This document shows, piece after piece, positions 25,591 through 54,390 of a stretch of DNA of 64,000 nucleotides. Position 1 is the stretch's first letter. Each line of letters starts with the position of its first letter. A program made the position numbers and the translations under genes. This DNA is from Chrysomallon squamiferum (Eukaryota; Animalia; Mollusca): NCBI GenBank assembly GCA_012295275.1, contig CM022675.1, positions 3,472,001 to 3,536,000 on the forward strand, written 5' to 3'. Below the pieces are notes generated by a model. The model did no database searches. It worked only from the letters and a program-made list of their open reading frames with translations, and was not told the origin of the DNA.

Positions 25591-27275
25591 AAAAAAAAAA
25601 AAAAAAAAAGTAAATTTATAAAATACAAGAACAAAAATAAAATGAAGTAGTATTACTAAATAAGAAACATTCGCTAAAATCCACGTTTCCAAAGAGAAGA
25701 AGGAGCACATTTTCTGTTCACTGATTATAATGACAAATACTTACTCATCAAAAACAAGTTTCTTAATATTTTCTGTAGTTAATGAAATAAAGAACATTTG
25801 TTTTAACTTTGAAATAATAACGTTAAGTTTAATAATGATACATTATTCATAAAGTTACCTGAATTTTTTGATTCTGTTTTACTTAAAATTTTCTGTGTGC
25901 TTCTACTTGAACTTTGACCTATAAAAGGTAGCTATATCTAATTTACCCCAATGAAAAATGTTCTTATACTCTTAAAAATATCTACTGAGAATATTAATAC
26001 ACATTAAAATGTTAATTTTAGCTTTGTTTGGAGTTCATCCAGCAAAAGTTAGTTGGAAGAAACATTCCCAAACGTTTTGTTAAAGATCAGTTAAATTTAG
26101 GCGACCTGTTTAAACAAAATCGCGTGCACGGTCGCACACACACATATACACGCAAACAAAAACAACAACAACAACAAAAATACTTACGTTTTAGATTTTT
26201 TAGACATTTCAGTTAAAACAGGAATTAAATAATAAAATCGAAGAAGGTACATATACATACATAAAAATATATATAATCATGAAATAAAGATTTTCCGCGT
26301 TTATGTCTGTCTCTTGTCATATATTATTATGATTAAATAGGAATTAAAATGAGCAAATATGCAACACAAAATGCCAAATACCTATTCTGAAGAAAATAAA
26401 TAAAAACGAGACGAGGTAAAATAATAAGAAGAAAAAGTAAGAAAATGAATGAATATATAATAATAATAATTTAAAAAGCACAGTAAAACTTTGTGACAGT
26501 AATAATGACAAGACCGGCAACAACAACAGAAACAGCACCAAAATATTAAGTAGAAAAACAACAACAACATATAGTTGTTTGTATGTTTTAATACGTATAA
26601 ATCCATTCACAAATTTATATATGTCAGTTGTGTCATATTCTAAAGTTAATGTATTTTGTGGAACCTACAAAAGACATGGATACACTTTGTCTTAAAATCT
26701 TTAAAAATATATGAAAGGAAAATGTCGTTTAACTTTAAAGCTGTTAGATTCGTTAGTGTAAATAAACAGGGCGGATAAACAAGATTTTTTGTGAGTAAAT
26801 AACCAAATGTGGTATCATTTAACAATTCAACAAATCCTTTTTTTACCTTTGTGATTCAATGCTTCGATGCTTCGAAGTTTCTTGTAGAAAATACATCTTA
26901 ATATATCACTTCCTGTTTACAGTTTTCAGGTTACGACCGGCAAAATCAAACTTCTAAGGTTTGTTTTATTTATAATTCTTAGCTTTTGTCACCTTTGACA
27001 GGTCATGACAGGTGACTGGATAAATATTAACTTTTTTGTGTTTTTTTATTTTTTAATATTTATCGAATGTTAGAATCTTTTAAACATTCGCTCGAATGTC
27101 TCGTCTGATCCTCGCATTACTTCACTGTGAGGCAGTGCGGTGTGCAAGAGCGAGAAAAATAATAATAAAATAAAACAAAAACAAATAATAATACATTTGT
27201 ATACATTTGGAATGATGTTATAAGCTGACTGTTAATTATCATTATAATTATATTATAAAATTACAATCCTGAAAC

Positions 27276-27329
<54 letters not shown>

Positions 27330-27419
27330 ATCAGTACATTTTACCTGATTATGGTCTTTAATGTTTGTTGATAACTTGAATTACTAATTATTTCTTTCTA
27401 GAAATGTGTGTCAAAGTGT

Positions 27420-27450
<31 letters not shown>

Positions 27451-27695
27451 TTACAGTTACAAATTAAAAAAAAAAAGAAATACAGTTTATGAAATTCCAT
27501 TGCACAATATGCATTCTTATTGTTTGAATTTAAGATAAAGTTTAATTTTTTGACTAATAATACACACATCAGTAAAATGAGTAATGGAAAACTAAATCTA
27601 TGTATTTTCCTTTCAGGATGAAGATAAAAAAAATTTATGACTTTCAAAATCAAAGATATGGATTTTTTGGTTACATTTTGAAAAACTGCTGCAAT

Positions 27696-28613
<918 letters not shown>

Positions 28614-29588
28614 TAAATTATTTATGATATTACTTCTGTAATTTTAAGTCATTTATTTTCATTATTATGTTTTTCCTCATAGTATTACTAAAATGATACT
28701 CTCATTTTATTATTTTCATTGCTATTTGTTATTGTTGTAATATTTAAATGGCATATCCCCTACTTTTTATAATAATATATGTTTGTATCTATGTACTATA
28801 TATATATATATATATTATACAATCACTAAGTTTTTACTAGGGTGGGAGTGAAGGATCTCAAAATATTTGAGTTTTTACATGCATACATCCATACACACAC
28901 ATGTAATTATATATGTGTATATGTGTTTTTCACTGTGTATATATGTTTATATATGATAACTTGTGAACAAAACACACACACATGCACACACAGACATATA
29001 AGCATGCAGACTTTCGTACACTGTATAATAATTATTCTGTGAATGCTGTCTACCTTCCTGTTTGTTTTTCATTTTATCTTTCTTATTTCTTCAGTTGACC
29101 TCTTTTTTTTTCTTTTTTTTTTGTTATTGTGGTTTGTTGACACAAGTAATAAACTGAATAATGTAAGCTAATTTAAAATTCAAAATTCATAATTTAAAGA
29201 CAGCAATAAAGAACAGGTGATTTAAAAAAATAAAAAAATAAAAATAAAACAAACAAAAACAAGCAGATAGAAAGATACTCTATATTAGTAAGTTTATTTG
29301 AAGTTGATGTGTAAGTTATTGTCTTCCTAGGACAACAGACACACAATATTTGTCTGACTTTCGGATTTGTTAAAGATTAGTGTGTTTTAATGTACAAAGT
29401 CTCATGTAAGATCATAAACAATTACTAGCAATAAAGATATTTATCACTGAAACATCTGTTTAACAGCTTTTTCCATATATCACTGGAGTTTTTTACTTAT
29501 ATCACTTTACAAAATGAATCTTCTTGATCAACAGGTTTTGTTGAAAACAGATCAATGTTTTACTTCCTTGTACAGCTAGCAGGGTGTC

Positions 29589-36729
<7,141 letters not shown>

Positions 36730-38652
36730 AACATCGCTGACATGGATTTGAGAAATGCTGACTACACCAGTGATGATTACAGCCATCTTGATTCCATGAG
36801 GGGCTGATTATGTTCCCACAACATTCTTAACAATAAAATCTAATTTGTAAATTTTTTGTAGATAAGAACTTAAGACAATTACATTAACTAACTAGATAAT
36901 GATGTGAAAGGTCAAATACAATTTATTATTATTATATTCTTTCTATTTTTTTTTTTTTTTTTATTTTATTTTTTTTTTTTTTATTTTTTTTTATATTTTT
37001 TTTTTTTTTTTTTTTTTATAATATACACTTTAAATTTGTTCTCTTTATTAACAAAGGTAGAAGTCTGATTATAAACATCTCCCAAGAAAATTTTTATTAT
37101 TTAAAAATGAAAATAAAACACGACTACACAAAAACAAAAATTAAATAAATCTTATTATTATCCTGCATGTAGATAGAGCTGGTATGTAACTCGTACAAAA
37201 TCATTCTTGTTTATATCAAATTTGCTCGCATTCTCATATAAACATGAGCCAAGTTAATACAATCATTTGAAAATATAAAACGTAGCCAGTATATCTCTGA
37301 TTGATTTGTAACTAATTTATGTTGTGAATTTATACCCTTTTATAACACAATAACAATATTGTTAAACAGAAAGTTAATACAATTAACGAACCACTAAGAA
37401 TCAGAGCAGTCTAATACCAAATATTTTTATTTTTAAATAAGATCAATAGAAAATGATTATCTAATGACAGTCTGACAAAATACATCACTGTCAGAACTGT
37501 GTAATGTTTCTAACTTTTGACAATCACTTTTAACTCAATCCATTAACTGTTCTGTGAATTTTATTTTAATTTGATACACTTTGATAATTTCAGTATCAAA
37601 CATCTGAAAACAAATAAAAAGTTGTGTGTTTTAGACCAAACTGATTCTAAGTCTTTCTTTTTATATTGTTGCATTAATTAAATGATTATATATTTTATAT
37701 AACAAATAAAATATTATTTCAAATTTTTTTTTTTATCCTTTTATCATTTCTGAGTTTGGTTTTGTTGTATTCTTTTTTAATAACAGTCCTTTGAATATTA
37801 ATGTTCTAAAATTGATATACCATGATATATTTTACATTAAATTTACTAAAATAACACACAAAATTATTTCATATTAAACTTGCTGAAATTCCGTAGCATA
37901 ATCTATTATATATTATGACTGCAGAAATATATGGAATATTTGCAAATATTAAAAATATTTGGTTACAGAATTATTGCAGAAATAAATAGAACTATTATCA
38001 GGAATCACTAATTTATCTATTTATTTATTATTATTATTATTATTATTTCATTGTATTTTTATTTGTATTTCACTTAATTTTTTGTATTATTTCTTATTTT
38101 TTAAGGAAACCACAATCAGTACCTTTGTACTTTTACAGAAATTCAGGCTTGTAAAATTCACGCTAAGCGTGGAATTAAAACAATGACTATACTATACAAA
38201 CTGAGCCTCCAACCGTACGTTATCGTTTAGGTTACTACAAAGACTGAGCCTATACGATTTTTAATTAAAATAAATAAGAAATATTCAGATACTATAAAGA
38301 CTGAGCCTGCGTTAAACAATGTGGATATTCTAATAGTGACCTAAATTTTTTAAATTTATTATTTATTTATTTATTTATTTATTTTTTTATTACCTTAAAT
38401 GCAAACAGACATAAAGAATTACAGACACTAATTATTAGTTTTCTTTTCTGTGTAACATATCTTTTCTAAAAATAACAGTGACTTTTTTAAAACCACTAAA
38501 ATATATTTGTATGAATTGAAACTGTAAACTAAAAAGAGATCAGACTTATATTAAAAATACATTTTATAAAAATTTACTGAGAAACACCCAAACTACAACT
38601 ATGTTACTAGACAACGAAATTGTTCAAAGTGATTGTTTTTTTTTTTTTTTTT

Positions 38653-38691
<39 letters not shown>

Positions 38692-39575
38692 TTTGTTATT
38701 TATTATTATTTTATTGAATAAAAAGACTAAATAATTTTACACTGTTTAAAATTTTTACTTTATTGATTTTCACCTCTGCCTTTGATAATAAATAAATTAC
38801 AACAGTAAAATAAAACTGCTATAAAATATTTGAATTCCGCCATTTTCCCATTTTCTGATTATAATACTGTAACATAAACTGTGGATTGTGACCATGTTTC
38901 TATTTAAAACAAGTAAACGACTGCAGTGCACTGCTTTATGTTAAATTGATTAATCTGTGTTTTAAGAAATTGCTAAATAAGCTATTTAAAAAAGTGTAAA
39001 AACTAAAATATTTGTGCAGACTATGCAGTACACGTTTAAAAGTTTTATTTTAACTAGCAGATCAAGCATTTAACTCCGTGAAAGTTTATTTGTTTTACTT
39101 TTCACCGTTCGAGCGCATTACGCTATAAACATGTTCTGTTTCACTTGGAACTTTCATGTACTCATTTTGAGAACTTTGAGCCATGTTGAGTCACCTGCAA
39201 TAAGAAAAAACAAAACTGCCTGTCGTGTAGAAAACAAAATATTAAATTTTTATCAAAATTATTTAAAAATAAATTAAAATAACCATGAATTAAGCAAAAT
39301 ATTTCCTGGATATATGAAATAATCATAACGAACGAAAACATTATTACATAAATATAAAAATATAACTAAAACCATGTTTTCTACCAAGAAAGGTAACTCT
39401 ATTTACCTTTTAAGCTAAACAACAGCGACGACTGCGCATGTCACTAAAACCGTAAGGACTGTTACAGAAACACGAACAGCGACGTCTGCAAAAAAATGTA
39501 AATGTGAACAAAGAAACAACTAAATGAGTAATAGCCTATCAAATAAACAAACAACTTTGTTTAAGATTCACGTAC

Positions 39576-39713
39576 CTGTCTGTGTTGTGATGACGTCAGT
39601 GCTTGTCTGTGTTCTGATGACGTCAGTGCTTGTCTGTGTTCTGATGACGTCAGTGCTTGTCTGTGTTCTGATGACGTCAGTGCTTGTCTGTGTGGAAGTC
39701 TGAACACTGAAAT
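39576..39713 (-). repeat. Mucin-like stalk exon made of a 27-bp x4 coding tandem repeat (TQTSTDVIR)
   Basis: ttcacAG|atttcagtgttcagacttcc(acacagacaagcactgacgtcatcaga)x4 acacagacag|GTacg; 138 nt, phase 1-1, open. Confidence 0.75.
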
Positions 39714-40423
39714 CTGTGAAATATTTAAATTTAGTTACACATCAACCTCATTTAAACAATCAACTACAACATTCCTTTAATCTATAGAATTACGTTCATA
39801 AGTCAACCATATTTAAATATCCAGCAAGACTCTGATATGTATGACTCTTGATTAATCTATCAAATGATACGTATCTATGGATACGTCAATCATATTTAAA
39901 TAATCAACAAACATGAACATTTCAATACTCTATCAATATATAAAGTTATCGTCAAAAGTCAACCATATTAAAATAGTCGACCAAGGTTAATGATACAAAA
40001 CTCAATCTCTCTAAAGATTCACAAATACATCAACCATATTTATGTTGTCAGCCAGGAATATAGCATTCGTTCTGAACAGAAAATGTTTCTAATGCAGACG
40101 CTTTGTCTTATTTTGAAATTGTGATTTCAGAACAGTTTAAAACTAGGAAATGTAACTGAAATAAAGTAATTAATTTTATTAACGTATCTGAACATAAATA
40201 TAACTCAAAGCCGATTTCTTATTTTATCCCTAATGAGACACAATCACTCTGTTTTTACTAGGGTGGGAGTGAACGATCTCGAAATATTTGAACCGTATGG
40301 ATCTAAAACTGCATACGTGTTTTACAAAGAAATTGGTAAAGTCTTAATTTAAGTATGATTCGCAAGTACTAAGAATGAAAACTCTCTAGCTGTATATCTG
40401 TGTCCATAATCTCTGTCTTTCTT

Positions 40424-40477
<54 letters not shown>

Positions 40478-41997
40478 GCACTTATCTATTTGTCTGACCT
40501 TCTGCCTGTCTGTCTGTCTGTCTAACGATCTAAAGATTACAAATACAGTGTTACTAATAGTTGAGCTTGTTCTGTAATTTTCACGACTTGCAAAATTCGA
40601 TTATGTGATATACAGAATGTTTTATTAGCTTTTCTATATTATTATTACAACAACATTTAAAATCAGGCAACATAAATTCTCTTCCATTCTTTGATCATTT
40701 TGCCAACAATTGCCATTACTTTTATCACTATGAGTTCTAGACTACTCTGTGGGCAAGTTAGGTTGTTTTTTGTTTCATTCACTGCTTCGTGACTTGGTTA
40801 TCAAAGACCTTGGAAATTTCTTTCGTATCTATGAGAAGAAGCAAACCCCCCCAAAAAAAACAACAACAAAACAACAAGACTTTAATTCTAGACTAATACG
40901 TTTGAAGACTGCTTATATATATATATAAATAATTCAAGAAATCGCTATAATAATAATAACAATAATAAAAACTAAACAAACAAACAAACAAATAAATAAA
41001 TAATACTTACTACTAATACAAATGGCGGAGTGGAGTTCACTACAGTCACTAATGGAAAACGAAGTTTTGCCGTTTGAAAATTTCTCCAGCAAAACACAGC
41101 CATTTCCTGTGCTGCTTATATTCAGTGTTTCATCTGAAATTCAAAATATCTTTTTGTTTAATTAGTCAAATGAAAAGAATATTATTTAAATTCCCTAGAA
41201 TAAGTAAGTAAATACACACATTTGTGATGATGATAATGATTATGATGATGATGATGATGATAATAAAAATAATAATAATAGTAAGAAGAAGAAGAAGAAG
41301 AATCGAAACCTTAATCATCTGAACGAAGAATCAAAATAGAATAAATGAAAACAAAGAAAGACTGGAAAAGGAAAAGATAACTAAAAATTAGAAAACGTTT
41401 TTGATTTAAGAGTTAATCAGTTTTACAATAACTCACTGTGAAAACCGTCAAACCAAACTATTTGTCTGTCACGTTTTAGTCCGATCCAGTACTGTACTCC
41501 ATCAGACATATTTGGTCTAATTAATTTAGTTTTAAATATATTTATCTTGGTTAACGAGCAGTTAGAGTTTGCTGAAAACCAGCTGTGAGTCATATTGTGA
41601 TGGTGACACGAGGGGCTGCTGTAATCTTCACCACCTGTAATAAACAAACAACCAATGACGACAAAAACAAATCAAAATTACAAATAAACAAAATTAATAA
41701 TAATAAAATTAATAAACTGGAAGACACAGTATTCCAAAAGCACCATTCATCAGAATATTTTAGAATTTTGAAGTCTAAGATATACGTGTCATTATACAAT
41801 ATTCTTTTTCTTCAAAGACTGTTCCCATTAAAGTCAGCCTAGAATGATGAAGATGATGATTGTGGTGATGATAACGATGATTACGATGTAATAATATCAA
41901 AGAGGAATATTAAAGAACATTGAAGACGGAAAAAAAGCATGTTAAATCGTTATAAAAACATTCAAGACGCAAGAAAAAAAGATCATTATAAATCTTT

Positions 41998-42048
<51 letters not shown>

Positions 42049-42583
42049 GTTTAGTCAACGACAGAAATTAACCTTTCTTCTTTAGTGATTAAAAAAAGAA
42101 ATAAAGTATTTTTCGTCTTCTTTTGAAACGTTTGGTGCCCCACAATCGTAGGCCTCTTTCTTATGCTAAAAATAAATTTTCATTTTCAGACCTGTTGCCT
42201 ATTTTTATGGTTAAATGTTTATGATATTCTGGATTCAGTATAAGGACATTTTCAATAGCTTACAGCAGTCACAAAGACTCTGTCCTAATTGTATAACAGA
42301 AATATTCACTCACAGTCACAAATGAATCCTTTGTGAGAGTTACAATTCTCCTCTGACTTCACGTAAATGTGTACATCTTCTTCAATGTAGCCACAAACAC
42401 CATCAATGTCCAGAGGCCATTTAACATATTTAATAATCAGATCTGTAAATAAAAAAATAAAATAGAATAAATAAATAAATAAATAAATAAAGTGAAATTA
42501 AATAAAATAATAATTTTTTGGACAAAATGATCGTAAATACATTTTAGTTTTCTTTGTTTCTTTGTTTTATTGATTTTGTTTTG

Positions 42584-42664
<81 letters not shown>

Positions 42665-42893
42665 TTTACTTTGTTTTATTTTATTTTATTCTGTTTATTT
42701 TTTTGTTTTTTTTCCTAATTATCAAGTATAACGCTGAACTAACAAACTTGTTTAGTGGTAAATTTCGTTTACATTTCTACGATCGAAATTATATAAAGAA
42801 TAAAAATGCAACAAATTTTATAGTTTATTTACATATACATCAATAGTTCCTGTTCAAACCTTAATGTGGCACTTATTATTTTACTTTAAAAAA

Positions 42894-42932
<39 letters not shown>

Positions 42933-42997
42933 TAATAATAATAAAATGTTAAACGTAAAATTTAAAAAGACTTAAATAAAAATTAAAAAAAAAAAAA

Positions 42998-43040
<43 letters not shown>

Positions 43041-43373
43041 AAATATCAAGATGAATCTAAAAAGTCTAGAGACGCAAACAAAATTTTACTTGTGTCATAA
43101 AGACTCATTGTGTCTTCAGTCCCACAGTTTTCATTGGAGTTTCCCTGACAACGCGTTTTATTTTGTCTTTGAAGACTTCTACGTGGAACGTTATAGCAGC
43201 CAATTTCTGGTAAACAATAACAGTTCTCTCCCTTTAAAAGAGACGTTAAAAAAATATTAAATATCTCACGTGTGAAAATAGAAACCACATTTATATCAAG
43301 TTTAAATGAAACTATTTCCTATATTTCAATCAGGATATATATATATGTCACAAACGAATCTATATATTTATAT

Positions 43374-43415
<42 letters not shown>

Positions 43416-44484
43416 TAATAATAATATATATGTGTGTGAGGATGTGTGTGAGGGGTAGGGGGTGAGTGTGTATTTAATTTATGTTACTAACCTGCAAACC
43501 AACACATAGTACATCATGTGCATAAGTTTTGTTTTTTCTACATTCAAAATAACATCGGCTTGCCTGGTTGTCATATTTGATTTGATAAAACTCTACAGAT
43601 TGTGGATTTCTTAAATTCTCCAACGTAACGAAACAGTGGTGTGTTATCCGCTGTAAACCAAACTTGAGTTATTTAATATAATCCATTTTGAAAAGTTAAA
43701 CTAAAAGAAATAGTAACATTTATAGATGTATGTGCATTTCTTTTCTTCAGTTAGCTCTATTTATTGCTAAATTCTGTCTATCAAAAAGAATGTTATAAAT
43801 CAAAATTAATATAATGTTAACACGACTGAAAATTCACAGTAGTCATAATTTTGGATCTGAGTATTCCTTTAGATTTTGTGATTGTAACTAAATAAGTTAT
43901 CTAAAAATAAATATTTACTTCACCTGTCCACATCCATGAACTGTAAACTGAACTTTAGCTCCAATCCAGTAAGATCCAGCTAGGACATCGCTCAGTGACG
44001 TAATATCTGACGTATTGTACAGTTGTTCTGGTCTAATAAAATGTATTTCACTTGTTCTTATAGTTTTTGTGTAACAATACCTGTAAAAAAACAATAAATT
44101 AACGTTATCAAACAACCATTAATAAATATATTGATATATTTAATAAATATGCAGTTTAAAGGAAACATTAATACATATTTAATATAACTGGATAATAAAA
44201 ACAATATATATAACTTTTATAAAACAACCATTAATTTCTCACAGTAGCTGTAATAAAAAAAACAATATATTTACTTAAAAACAAACATTAATGAACTGTA
44301 CTGAACTTTGTAATAAAACTCAGTAAGATCCTGCTGTGACGTCACTCATTAACGTAATATCTGACGTATTGTACAAAACTTATATATACATATGATGACA
44401 TGTATTAAAACGCTGTATTCCATCTGACGTTACTAATGGCATTTAGTTAGCTATAAAAAAAATGTTTTTTAAATTAATACAATC

Positions 44485-44519
<35 letters not shown>

Positions 44520-44766
44520 TTAGTAAATATATATCTATCTATTTATCTAATATATATATATCTGTACATCTGTATGTATATATGTGTATAATATTTGTTT
44601 CATAAAGAAAATAATCTGACGACTTTATGTTTGCTGATATAATTGCGTATAAATTAGAAAATAGAATATAAAAGGTAAATATTTTACCAGACGCAGAGAA
44701 CAGCTGATAGAAAACTGCGCAAACGTTTATAAGAAGCAGACGACTTGTACCCCATCGATCAGCCAT
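39576..44766 (-). pseudogene. Receptor copy D, disrupted and lacking TM and tail exons
   Basis: Exon 1 44766-44688 (MADRWGTSRLLLINVCAVFYQLFSAS). Exon 2 is broken into decayed pieces (about 44450-44290, and 44030-43924 with a 2-bp insertion). Exon 3 43650-43492 is 159 nt (frameshift). Exons 43231-43090, 42442-42314, 41634-41437, 41133-41011 and stalk exon 39713-39576 are open. No TM exon occurs before the junction with C's 3' flank at about 39490. Confidence 0.8.
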
Positions 44767-45479
44767 GACACCCTGTTTTCTGTACAAGTAAGTAAAACAT
44801 CGATCTATTTTAGAATATCTGTTAATCAAACGATTAATTTTGTAAAACGATATAGCAACTTGAAAAACTCTTGTTACACGCAAAAATAGTTATACGTAAA
44901 TGATTAATAATAAAATATTTTAATTACCTAGGAAGCTAGAAGTGTGCTCCAGACTTTGACTTTGTTCTCCTTGAAAGAAAATAACTCAGACATCAGCTTC
45001 AAATAACCTTGCTAAACCTGTTTTCTGTGTGTTCCTTTTATTTGTTATTTATTTATTTTATAAACCATCTCTGTTTCTTTGTCGCTCAGTTTAAAATACG
45101 AATTTTAAATTAACTTGCGTTATTCAGTTTACTATTTGTGTTAACGAAACAGAATAAGAAGAAGAAAGAAAAAGAGGTCATCTAAAGAAATAATAAAAAC
45201 GTGAAAATAAAACGAAAGCAGTGAGGCAATAATTGTTATAAAATATATGCCTCTGCTTATGTGAATATTTGCACGTAGGTAGCTGATGCATCTATATAAA
45301 AATATCTGTGCCTTTGTATGTGTGTGTATGTATCTGTAAACGTACATACAAAAAGACAAGCACACATTTGTATTCATACGTATGTGTTTGTGTGTGTACG
45401 AAGGTAGGTATGTGCATCCATTCATACACATTTTGTATATATAAACATAAACACACGTGTCTGTATGTAGCTGTGTGTA

Positions 45480-45890
45480 TATGTGTGTATGAATTTAGGT
45501 ATGTGTATGTTGACATGTATATACGTGTATGTGTAACTGAGTGTACATGTTTGTACATGTTTGTATATGTGTTTATATGTGTGTGTATATGTGTATATAT
45601 GTGTATATGTATATGTGTGTATATGTATATGTGTGTATATGTATATGTGTATGTATGTGTATATGTATATATGTGTATATGTATATGTGTGTATATGTAT
45701 ATGTGTGTATATGTATATGTGTATATGTATATGTGTGTGTATATGTGTATGTGTGTATATGTGTATATGTATATGTGTGTATATGTATATGTGTGTATAT
45801 GTGTATAAATATTGTGTATATGGATGTGTGTATATATGTGTATGTGTATGTATGTATGTTCGTGTTTACATATGTGTATATGTATGTGTA
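45480..45890. repeat. Compound (TA/TG)n microsatellite block between D and G
   Basis: Alternating gtatat/gtgtgt units; the source of several Y/V/C/M-rich pseudo-ORFs. Confidence 0.9.
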
Positions 45891-46494
45891 GTTATTTATT
45901 TGTGTTTCTAGATAGAATGAATAAACTTCGTACAATACAAACCAGTTTTTTTTTAAATAATTAAATAATAAAATAAAATCATTAATGTTTCCATCATAAA
46001 ATCATCATCATCTTAATTTTAATCATCTAATGTTTTCATCATAACATTATCATAATTTAAATTATAACCATCATCGCCGTCGTCGTCATCTTCATAATAA
46101 GAACAGAATTATTATAATTATACCTTATAATTATACTACATCTTCATCTTCGTCACAAAAACGAACGCAAAGTAAAAACATACATACATACATACATACA
46201 TATATACATATATATATATACACACTCATACACACATACATACATATATACATACTTATATATGTACGTATATGCACATACATACAGCTTCTCAATTATT
46301 TCTTTCTGCTAAAAAAAAAAAAAAGTATATTTCGTTATAGCCACTAAAAAACCTATTGTTACAGTTTAGCAGCAAGTTTTATTTTATGTGAACACAGCTA
46401 TATCATTTCTGTGACTAATGTGTTACTGTTTGGAACGGGAAACATTCAGTCGGTGTGAAAGTGGTAAGAAAGAGTTATATTTGTTATTTTACAG

Positions 46495-46636
46495 AGAGAG
46501 AAATGTTATTGTTTTGCATGGATAAACCGGAATCAGATTTTACGTAGACGTTTTCAAACAGAAATTAAAACTGGTTGTCTAGGAAACTCCAATGAAAACT
46601 GGGGAACTGAAAACACAATTAGTATTTATAACACAA
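46495..46636 (+). pseudogene. Receptor copy G: orphan WSC exon (exon 4) with flanking intron remnants
   Basis: tttacAG|REKCYCFAWINRNQILRRRFQTEIKTGCLGNSNENWGTENTISIYNT|GTaaa, 142 nt like exon 4 of the paralogues. It has a C>W change, and exons 1-3 are absent. Confidence 0.8.
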
Positions 46637-47249
46637 GTAAAATTTTGTCTGTAGACTTTTTTGTACTCATTTCCTTCTCTTTTATTATGGGGAATCTTCA
46701 GTTTTAATTTATTTCTTTGTTTGTTTGTTTAGAAGAGATTTTTTTTTTTTTTTTTTTTTTAGTTTGCTTAATGACAGGTTAAGATTTGATAACAGTCCTG
46801 TTGCCATAGTAATTCGGAATTCCAGATTTAGTAGTGGTAGTATCGTAATTATTATTATTATTATTTGTGGCAAATAAAACACCTGCATAAGCCTATCCTG
46901 CCTGGGGACATAAATGTGAAAATTTAAAGTAATCATGAAGATTTGCCCTATGCTCTGTAGAAGTAACACAGGTAGATAAATTCTGTACATGGAGGTTAAA
47001 ATTAAAGAAAACAGAATTTTAAATATATTACATACACACAAAACATATTTACACAAGATACAAATATTTAGCTTGCAATCTGTATATATTATCCAAGATA
47101 AAAATTTAGATTTTTGTGGACCAGAGTTATATTTATTTATATTTATAGTAAATTACTTGGCACACACACACACACACACACAACACACACACACACACAC
47201 ACACACACATAAACACACACATACACACACACACACACACACACATACA

Positions 47250-47313
<64 letters not shown>

Positions 47314-48209
47314 TACACACTGCTACACACACACATTCTGCTCAGAGCTACTCCTTTACTTTTTAATTACCGATTTAGATCTTAAAAGACCATTCTAAAA
47401 CTGGTTTCAATTTACAAAAATAAATAAATGGTTTCTGTTTATTATTTAGTTTTGATGTATAGCTTTTGTTACTGACGTGTACAAGCATCAACTATAACAC
47501 TTTATCTTTTTAATTGCCGCTCTTTACTTCATTAGAACTGTTTAAAACTAAAACTGATATATGTTCACCAGTAACTATAATTATATATTAATGGTAGTAA
47601 TAATGGCTTTTGTGTACTAAAGGCAGAAATTTGAAAAACCCGCCATTGGCTTTGATAAAGCGGTATCACTGACTGAAAACCATTTTCGTCTTTCTTTTGT
47701 CTAGATCGTCGGTTTTTGGTGAATGTTTTAAAATCTAATGTTTTTTTTTTTTTTTTTTTTTTTTTTTTGTTTTTTTTTTTTTTTTTTAGTTAGAACAAGA
47801 AGAAATTTGTTTCCTTAACATCATTACAAAGAACGAATTATAAACTGAATTATTATCCTAATTATCATTAAAATAGATCATCCGTGCAGCATAATTTGCC
47901 TTTTCCCGCAGAAGTGGCAACTTCTGATTTCGTGCTCTTGAATCATTACACCTCGTCTTGACTCAGTGTAATGTTTAAATCTGTACAAATGAAGTCTCCC
48001 AAGCTTTAACATGAGCTGCACATTGAGTCATTTAATACAAAGAAAGTGTTTCATATAAGCAGACTAATTGAACTTTCGTATTTGACAGGACACTGAGTAA
48101 CTGACTTGCTGATATTATGAAAATCTGGACATTTCTTGGTTGAAGTTCAGTTAACAAAATGCCTGTCACAGGATGCTGAACATAATAAAGGATTTAAAAA
48201 AAGTTCTAG

Positions 48210-54390
<6,181 letters not shown>

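Noticed and set aside
43924-44081. Possible rescued exon 2 of copy D using a new acceptor at 44081
   Set aside because: Its phase is incompatible with exons 1 and 3, and exon 3 is itself frameshifted.
47880-48200. GC-richer segment with KSGHFLVEV, faintly like a LINE ORF1 remnant, at a duplication breakpoint
   Set aside because: Multiple stops and too little similarity to call by eye; needs a repeat-library search.
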